64,000 bases of DNA. Source: an uncultured delta proteobacterium. Its GTDB lineage: Bacteria; Myxococcota_A; Polyangia; Palsa-1104. Position 1 is the first letter of the stretch. Each line of letters starts with the position of its first letter. A program made the translations under genes and the position numbers. Shown piece after piece: positions 60,216-64,000 of this stretch. The notes below the pieces were generated by a model, which saw only the letters and a list, made by a program, of their open reading frames with translations, was not told the DNA's origin and ran no database searches. The DNA is taken from contig CAWAWS010000014.1 of assembly GCA_963785725.1 (NCBI GenBank), forward strand, positions 320,001 to 384,000, written 5' to 3'.

Positions 60216-62360
60216 CTACGACGCGGCGAGCGCTGGGCTCGCCGCGGCCTCGTCGTGCACCGGCAGCACCACGGTGAAGGTCGAGCCGACATTGACGCGG
60301 CTGCGCACCTCGATCGTGCCGCCGTGGTTCTCGACGATGCGCTGGCTGATCGGCAGGCCGAGCCCGGTGCCTTTGTCCTTCGTCGTGTAAAACGGGATGA
60401 ACAGGTTCTTAAGCTCCGACGCGACGATTCCCACGCCGGTATCGCGGAAGCGCACTTCCAGGAACTGCGCCGGGCCGCCGCGTCGCCCGCCTTTGCGCAG
60501 CGCCGTCGAGATCGTCAGCTTGCCGCCGGTCGGCATCGCCTGCACCGCGTTGATCGCCAGGTTCAAGAACACCTGACGCAGCTGCTCGGCGTCGGCGCGG
60601 GCGCGCGGCAGCTCGTCGGCGAGCTGCAAGCTGACCTCGACCGGCGGCGGCGGCGTCTCGGCCGTGTCACCGGGCGCCTGCGGCAGCGGCGGCGGCGTCA
60701 CCAGCTGCGCCGACTTGCGCACCACTTCGTTGACGTCGAGCGGCTGCGGCTCACCGCGATAAGGCCGCGCGTAATCCAAGAACTGCGACACGACGCGATT
60801 GAGCCGATTGGCCTCCTCGACGATGATCCCGAGAAACTCGCGCGCTTCGGCGGGCACGCCGTGGCCGTCGTCGCTCGTCGGCGTCAAGAGCTGCGCCGCG
60901 CCTTTGATGGCGCCGAGCGGATTGCGGATCTCGTGCGCGAGACCCGCCGCCATCTCGCCCAGCGCCGCCAAACGATCGCGCTCTTTCATGCGCTCGTAGA
61001 GCTTCGAGTTCTGCATCGTGATCGCCATCTGCGCCGCGACGCCGCGAAAGAGATCGATCTCGTCCGTCGCATACGCTTCGCGCACGCGCTCGTCCTTCAA
61101 GCACAAAAGCCCGATGACTTGGTCGTCGGCGACGATGGGAATGCAGAGCGCCGCGTTCATTTCGTCGAGCGTGCGGGCGATGGCGTCGATCATCTCCGTC
61201 TCGGCGCCGGGCCCGTTGGCGCGCACGGTGTGCTCGCGCTCGAGCTGCTCCATCGACACGACCGTGCCGCGCGTGGCGTTGATGCGCTCGAAGAACGGGC
61301 GGCGCGCCGCGGCGTCGATGCGCTCGACCGGTCGCGGCCCGAGATGGCCGTGCAGCTCGTAACCGCCGCCGTCGGCGTCGACGAGATAGAGCGCCGCGTG
61401 CGTCACGCGCCGCGACTCCTCCAGCGACGAGATCGTGATGCGCACCGCCTCTTTGAGGTCGATGACGTTGGTCAAGACGTGGCGCAAGGCATCGACGCGC
61501 GCCTTGAGCTCGTATTTCTCGCGAAACATCCACTTTTGCACCTGGCCTTCGACGGCCGTGCGCAGCGGATCGAACAAGATGAGGATGACGAACGAGGCCA
61601 CCAGCGTGTTGAAGAAGAAGACGCCCGACTGATCGGCGGGAATCCAGGCCACGAGCAGCCCATAAATCGCCGCCAAAATCAGCACGAACGTGGAGATGAC
61701 GACCATGCGGCCGAGCAGCTCCGTCAAGTCGAGTAGGCGATAGCGAAACAGCGTCTGCGAGATGAAGTAGAGGTAGACGATCGTCAACACGTTGCCGAGC
61801 GCCGGAAACGGCACGCCGAGGCGCGGCAGGAAGTCGGCGGCGGCGAACCCGATGGCCGCGACGCCGCCGATGAGCAGGTATTTGATGCGGGTCTTCTCGA
61901 CGCGCGTCAGGGTCCGCCGGTATTTCCCGTACAGCTCCAGCATCGAGGCGTAGAGCCCGCCGAAGACATAGAGGCCGAGCGCGAGCGTGAACGTGGCCGC
62001 GTGATGCACGCGATAGCGACGGAAGGCGATGGCGTAGCCGATGGCGACGAGGAAGCCGACGGCGCAGGCGATGAGCGGACGCGGCGTGACCGGGCCGCGG
62101 CCTTCTTCGGCCAAGAACACGCGAAAAAAGCGGATCGAGGCGACGGGAATGGCGACGGCGGCGACGAGCGAGACGAAATAGACGGCGTCCCACTCGAGCG
62201 TGGCCTGTAGGAACGTCGTGATGTGCCAGAGACAGAGGACGAAACAAAAGACGGCGAAGAGCCGATACGTACGCTGGCGCCGGTCGCGCAGCACCACCGA
62301 CGAGCCGATCGCGAAGCTCACGATGGCCGCGAGCAGCGCCGAAAGCGACTGGATGTTCAC
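60216..62360 (-). CDS. Multi-TM sensor histidine kinase with GAF domain
   Basis: ~8 TM N-terminus, GAF (ALCIPIV..VIGLL), AHEIRNPL, NLAINA, DTGVG and GTGLGL. Confidence 0.93.
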   Translation of the reverse strand: MNIQSLSALLAAIVSFAIGSSVVLRDRRQRTYRLFAVFCFVLCLWHITTFLQATLEWDAVYFVSLVAAVAIPVASIRFFRVFLAEEGRGPVTPRPLIACAVGFLVAIGYAIAFRRYRVHHAATFTLALGLYVFGGLYASMLELYGKYRRTLTRVEKTRIKYLLIGGVAAIGFAAADFLPRLGVPFPALGNVLTIVYLYFISQTLFRYRLLDLTELLGRMVVISTFVLILAAIYGLLVAWIPADQSGVFFFNTLVASFVILILFDPLRTAVEGQVQKWMFREKYELKARVDALRHVLTNVIDLKEAVRITISSLEESRRVTHAALYLVDADGGGYELHGHLGPRPVERIDAAARRPFFERINATRGTVVSMEQLEREHTVRANGPGAETEMIDAIARTLDEMNAALCIPIVADDQVIGLLCLKDERVREAYATDEIDLFRGVAAQMAITMQNSKLYERMKERDRLAALGEMAAGLAHEIRNPLGAIKGAAQLLTPTSDDGHGVPAEAREFLGIIVEEANRLNRVVSQFLDYARPYRGEPQPLDVNEVVRKSAQLVTPPPLPQAPGDTAETPPPPVEVSLQLADELPRARADAEQLRQVFLNLAINAVQAMPTGGKLTISTALRKGGRRGGPAQFLEVRFRDTGVGIVASELKNLFIPFYTTKDKGTGLGLPISQRIVENHGGTIEVRSRVNVGSTFTVVLPVHDEAAASPALAAS

Positions 62361-62403
62361 AGGTAAATCATAGCATCGCCCTATTCACAGGTTATAATGA
62401 TGG

Positions 62404-63831
62404 GTGAGCATGCAACCGCCCGCCGACCTGAACGCGGCGCTACGGCAACTGCCCAAGGTGGATGAGGTGCTCGCTTCGCCGTCGCTGCGCGATCTGCTGG
62501 AGCGGGCTCCTCGTTGGGCGGTGGTGACGGCAGTGCGCGGCCGGATCGAGAAAATGCGCGAGCAGTTCCGCGCCGATATCGCGGCGACGCGGCAAATTGC
62601 CGGCGAAATCGCGGTGAACCCGGCCGAGGTCGCGGCCGACGTCGCGGCGCTGCTGGCGCCGTCGCTGCAGCCGGTCATCAACGCGACGGGCGTGGTGCTG
62701 CATACGAACTTGGGGCGCGCGCCGCTGGCCGAGCGCGCCGTGCAGCGCGTCGTCGACGTGGCGCGCGGCTATTGCAACTTGGAGTATCAGCTCGACGAGC
62801 GGCGGCGCGGCTCGCGGCACGATCATGTCGCGGCGCTGTTGGCGGCGTTGACCGGCGCCGAAGACGCGCTCGTCGTCAACAACTGCGCCGGCGCCGTCTT
62901 GTTGGCGCTGTCGCAGCTGGCGGGCACCTCCTCGCGAGCGCGCGGCGTCGTCGTGTCGCGCGGCGAGCTCGTCGAGATCGGCGGCTCGTTCCGCGTGCCC
63001 GACGTCATGCGCGCGTCCGGCGCCACGCTCGTCGAAGTGGGCACGACCAATCGCACCCACGCGCGCGACTACGAAGGCGCGATCGTCGACGGCGAGACGG
63101 CGCTGCTCTTGAAGGTCCACCGCTCGAACTTCGCCATCGTCGGCTTCACGCACGAGGTGTCGACGGCCGAGCTGGCGACGATCGGACGCGCGCGCAACCT
63201 GCCCGTGATGGTCGACTTGGGCTCGGGCGCGCTCGCCGACCTGCGCGCGGTGACCGACGCCGACGAGCCGCGCGTGCAAGCGGTCGTCGCCGCCGGCGCC
63301 GATGTCGTCACCTTCAGCGGCGACAAGCTGCTCGGCGGTCCGCAAGCGGGCATCCTCGTCGGCAAGCGCACGCACGTGCAGGCCATGCGGTCGCATCCGC
63401 TGCTGCGCGCGCTGCGGCCCGATAAGCTGACGCTCGCGGCGCTGGAGGCGACGCTCGAGCTCTATCGCGACGGCCACAGCCACGAGATCCCGACGCTGGC
63501 GATGCTGGCGACGCCCGAGCCGACGCTGCAAGCGCGCGCCGAGACGCTGGCCGCGTTATGCGTGAAGGCGGCGCCGGCGTTGACGTTCACGCCGGCGCGC
63601 GTGCGCTCGGCCGTTGGCGGCGGCGCGCTGCCGACGGTGGAGCCATGGTCGTGGGCGGTCGCCGTCAGCTCCGCAGACGTCTCCGCCGACACGCTCGATG
63701 CTCGTTTACGCGCGGCGAATCCGCCGATCGTCGGCCGAATCGCCGCCGATCGCTTATTGCTCGATGTCAGAACCGTGGGGGATGCACACTTGCCCGTCGT
63801 GGCGCGGGCGTTCGAGGCCAACCTTGGTTAA
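62404..63831 (+). CDS. selA: L-seryl-tRNA(Sec) selenium transferase
   Basis: VINATGVVLHTNLGRAPL, SRGELVEIGGSFR, EVGTTNRT and FSGDKLLGGPQAG. Start could be ATG62410. Confidence 0.97.
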   Translation: MSMQPPADLNAALRQLPKVDEVLASPSLRDLLERAPRWAVVTAVRGRIEKMREQFRADIAATRQIAGEIAVNPAEVAADVAALLAPSLQPVINATGVVLHTNLGRAPLAERAVQRVVDVARGYCNLEYQLDERRRGSRHDHVAALLAALTGAEDALVVNNCAGAVLLALSQLAGTSSRARGVVVSRGELVEIGGSFRVPDVMRASGATLVEVGTTNRTHARDYEGAIVDGETALLLKVHRSNFAIVGFTHEVSTAELATIGRARNLPVMVDLGSGALADLRAVTDADEPRVQAVVAAGADVVTFSGDKLLGGPQAGILVGKRTHVQAMRSHPLLRALRPDKLTLAALEATLELYRDGHSHEIPTLAMLATPEPTLQARAETLAALCVKAAPALTFTPARVRSAVGGGALPTVEPWSWAVAVSSADVSADTLDARLRAANPPIVGRIAADRLLLDVRTVGDAHLPVVARAFEANLG

Positions 63832-64000
63832 TTCCAGCGTCCTTGTCCTCAACAAGCATTATCAACCGGTGCATGTCACGTCGGTGAAGCGCGCGTTCGC
63901 GCTTCTGTATATCGGCGCGGCGCGGGTGATCGAGCCCGATTTCTCGACGTTCGACTTCACCAGCTGGGCGGATTTGGCGATCGCCGAGCACGAGGTCATC
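63824..64000 (+). CDS. HNH endonuclease (McrA-like), N-terminal part, truncated by the window
   Basis: TTG start overlapping the selA end: MVNSSVLVLNKHYQPVHVTSVKRAFALLYIGAA, the VLVLN..Y.P N-terminus typical of this family. The HNH motif itself lies outside the window. Confidence 0.75.
   Translation, partial: MVNSSVLVLNKHYQPVHVTSVKRAFALLYIGAARVIEPDFSTFDFTSWADLAIAEHEVI

Noticed and set aside
62404..63831. Selenoprotein genes near selA
   Set aside because: No ORF in the window shows an in-frame TGA at a catalytic Cys position with a plausible SECIS; I did not scan exhaustively.

Overview
High-GC (~70%) chromosomal window from a myxobacterium-like organism (Myxococcota; inferred from sigma54 EBPs including an FHA-EBP, a Hanks kinase, Cys-rich lipoproteins, MvaS and a long S41 protease). 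About 55 CDS; no rRNA, tRNA, CRISPR array, transposase or integrase was seen. In order: cytochrome c-Ftr1 iron permease with a Fur-like box, histidine kinase, PP2C phosphatase, cinA-thpR-recA, ECF sigma, hom, glpX, panE-like, mvaS, asparaginase; a signalling block (two paralogous receiver-like/GHKL-ATPase/TM proteins lacking an H-box, one with PEGA domains, around an FHA-sigma54 activator); a ~10 kb cluster of GT-C-type membrane glycosyltransferases with a Thr-type sulfatase-fold enzyme; S41 protease, ppx, aat, a Zn/Mn ABC operon with an outer-membrane barrel, RpoH-family sigma, rsmI, a kinase-TPR-C-type-lectin lipoprotein module, an NtrBC-like pair, selA and a truncated HNH gene. Several genes carry frameshifts that look like mixed-strain consensus errors. 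The most interesting signals not explained by the genes are (i) a ~95-nt dispersed intergenic repeat in 3 copies, (ii) strong local G/C strand skew around intergenic elements, (iii) many -10 boxes placed 6-10 nt before start codons (leaderless-type expression) and (iv) the GHKL-PEGA/FHA-EBP module. All calls are from motif recognition by eye; no database searches were run and base counts are manual.
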